A stretch of 64,000 nt of DNA, taken from a virus. Positions within the stretch are counted from its first letter, which is position 1. Each line of letters starts with the position of its first letter. Location of the stretch: IMG/VR virus record IMGVR_UViG_3300028415_000003, positions 6,814-70,813 of that record; one strand, given 5' to 3'. The notes beneath the pieces are model-generated. The model was not told where the DNA came from. It saw only the letters and a list, made by a program, of their open reading frames with translations, and made no database searches. Positions 62,341 through 64,000 of the stretch are shown here, piece by piece. Position numbers and translations under genes: made by a program.

Positions 62341-62412
62341 GTGAACTATTCACTCACATCAGTTGACTTCTGAAGTCCATCCCATTTCTTCTGGCGTGGG
62401 TGGGTAGTTCAC
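62341..62412. repeat. Back-to-back pair of IS200/IS605 right ends
   Basis: GTGAACTATTCACTCAC ... GTGGGTGGGTAGTTCAC (inverted, 14/17). Confidence 0.7.
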
Positions 62413-62423
62413 TAGTAAATATT

Positions 62424-62536
62424 GTAGGGAAGTTAAGACTCGAACTTAACAGGCTAGTAAAACACAGTACTATGAATTACTTTAGGAGACCGCCAAACCA
62501 ATAAATTATTGGTATTAATATCTCTTATTTTCCCTA
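62424..62536 (-). ncRNA. tRNA-like structured element (non-canonical)
   Basis: TAGGGAA/TTCCCTA closing stem; T-arm GTTAAG-TTCGAGT-CTTAAC; internal hairpins; no canonical D or anticodon arm. Confidence 0.45.
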
Positions 62537-62564
62537 GGTCTTTATAAAATCTTCAATGAGTTCA

Positions 62565-62810
62565 CTATATCAGTTCTTCTATTAGATTTGTGGCCGCTTC
62601 ACCATATTTTTGATATATATAATCAAATAATGAAACTGTACCCATATCTAGATGATAACAATTATCCGGATTATAGAGATCGTCTTTCTCTTTTAATGAG
62701 TTTTCAAATTGTTCAATATCGAATGATTTTATACTCATTGAAAGAAAAACTGTAGAGTATGGCACCCGAAAGCCAAAAACGCTTTCAAATATTTTTTCAT
62801 TTTCCGTCAT
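62565..62810 (-). CDS. Hypothetical protein
   Basis: 81-aa ORF with an AT-rich leader. Confidence 0.5.
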   Translation of the reverse strand: MTENEKIFESVFGFRVPYSTVFLSMSIKSFDIEQFENSLKEKDDLYNPDNCYHLDMGTVSLFDYIYQKYGEAATNLIEELI

Positions 62811-62855
62811 ATATTAAATTTTTAGTTATTAAATCGCACTAACCATACACGGATG

Positions 62856-63092
62856 TTAGTTTTTATTTGCTAATATTTTATCTAATTCCTTAACAGACTC
62901 ATCTATAATCCAATTGCGTTCAGAGCAACCGCAATCGAACCCTTTATAACTATCACAGATACAACCGACATCTAATCCAATAATCATATTTTTCATGCTG
63001 ATTAGTGTTTCTTTGTCGGGTTCATTAGCATTTTCTAAGTGGTTTTCTGCCATTTTTATCACTTCTTTTAGTGCTATTTTTATAAAATCCAT
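62856..63092 (-). CDS. Small Cys-rich hypothetical protein (likely cassette-derived)
   Basis: CIC...CGC; the stop codon coincides with GTTA of an attC-arm-like CATACACGGATGTTAG. Confidence 0.5.
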   Translation of the reverse strand: MDFIKIALKEVIKMAENHLENANEPDKETLISMKNMIIGLDVGCICDSYKGFDCGCSERNWIIDESVKELDKILANKN

Positions 63093-63152
63093 ATTTCTAA
63101 TTTTTTAATTTCACGTAAAGGTGTCTTTATTCGCTTGTTACCTGCAATGCCT

Positions 63153-63938
63153 TTACCACAATCGTAATTGACGTTTGAACGTATTAAAACGCTCTTCTTG
63201 CAAGCTCCAGTATTCTTTATCTATTTCCCAGCCTCTAAACTCGCAATTTGCTAAATCAGCTTCTATGCGTATCGAGCCACCGCCTACGTGGGTATCAAGT
63301 AGCTTCATTCCTTCAAAGCCGTAATCCGCAATTAATTTTTTATACAACAGTTGTGGTTTATGGCAAGGATGCAATCTCTTTTCATTCAACTTCTTATTTC
63401 CTTGTTGCGTCATAGGTTTTTTTAGGCTTTTAGCTTGGCACATTCCAGCCCACAACAAAGGCAATTCAATTTCGTGGTCAATCAAGCTACAGTAAGCCAT
63501 TTCATATTTTTTGAAACTCATACCTTCTGCTACGCCTTTGTTCCACTTAATACGCCCTGTGCCTAATCCTTGCCAATCGACATATTCTATTCCAAAAATT
63601 ATTTGCTCCTTACTAACTCTCTGCAATTCATTAAAGTATTCCTGTGAAGGTAGCTCTTTGTCCCATTGCTTTTGCGTATATGGCTTTTTGTTTTTGTTGC
63701 CGTTTAGCCTTGTTCCATTTTTCTGCTTAACTGTTGTGTTCGTTTCTTTAAGATAAGCCATATTCGCAACATCAATTCCGTAAGGTATATCGCAAATTGC
63801 TAAATCGAAGTAGTTATTTGGGAAGCGTTTTAATCCTTGCATACAATCTTCATTGAACACAATAGAAGGCACAGCAGGTAACAACGTGTCATACTGCATA
63901 GCCTCTGTATTTTCGGTGTTTATATCTCGTTCAATCAT
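63153..63938 (-). CDS. DNA methyltransferase (N6-A/N4-C, beta class)
   Basis: NEDCM, DLAICDIPYG (motif IV variant), HPCHKP, LDTHVGGGS, GWEID. Confidence 0.88.
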   Translation of the reverse strand: MIERDINTENTEAMQYDTLLPAVPSIVFNEDCMQGLKRFPNNYFDLAICDIPYGIDVANMAYLKETNTTVKQKNGTRLNGNKNKKPYTQKQWDKELPSQEYFNELQRVSKEQIIFGIEYVDWQGLGTGRIKWNKGVAEGMSFKKYEMAYCSLIDHEIELPLLWAGMCQAKSLKKPMTQQGNKKLNEKRLHPCHKPQLLYKKLIADYGFEGMKLLDTHVGGGSIRIEADLANCEFRGWEIDKEYWSLQEERFNTFKRQLRLW

Positions 63939-64000
63939 TTGTGTATTTTTAAAAGTTTGTGGCTCGTTTCAACTGGCTACGCAGCATACACAAACCGTTA
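63874..64000 (+). repeat. attC-like recombination site
   Basis: GGTAAC-AAC-GTGT[C]ATACTGCATAGCC ... GGCTACGCAGCATACAC-AAACC-GTTA; one extra C in the left arm (extrahelical G on the bottom strand); mismatches are bottom-strand G:T. Confidence 0.78.

Larger units (their letters stand above)
63137..64000 (+). mobile_element. Integron-type gene cassette carrying a DNA methyltransferase
   Basis: Left end GTTACCTGC (63137-63145) is the exact reverse complement of GCAGGTAAC (63874-63882), which opens the attC. Confidence 0.75.

Noticed and set aside
62748-62860. A complete attC spanning the start of the 62565-62810 gene
   Set aside because: The right arm is attC-like, but the left-arm pairing (GAGTATGG/CCATACAC) is too short; counted only as a half site.
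805-63756. Many short antisense or alternate-frame ORFs in the track
   Set aside because: They are nested in long, motif-supported genes and have no recognisable motifs; treated as shadow ORFs.

Overview
This window is a large piece of a crAss-like (Crassvirales-type) Bacteroidota phage genome in the standard genetic code. The + strand (1-42.1 kb) holds the virion module: terminase, portal, scaffold, major and auxiliary capsid, ring/tail-tube and muzzle proteins, ejected cargo proteins, a 6605-aa virion RNA polymerase polyprotein (also carrying an SF1 helicase and two HExxH zincin motifs), and tail genes. The - strand (42.1-64 kb) holds accessory and replication/recombination genes: GH16, KilA-N antirepressor, two DNA methyltransferases, DnaA-C-like HTH, nucleases, SF2 helicase, Sak4-like ATPase, SMC-like ATPase, primase, SSB and DnaB. 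Two non-coding features stand out. (1) Integron-type attC sites and gene cassettes with self-complementary ends sit in the accessory region, with ORFs inverted relative to attC and no integrase in the window. (2) A tnpB-only IS200/IS605 element has inserted into one of these attC sites, and miniature IS-end derivatives are dispersed through the window. Removing two of the miniatures on paper restores ATGA gene coupling, and one of them truncates DnaB. All calls come from reading motifs and synteny by eye; no database searches were run.
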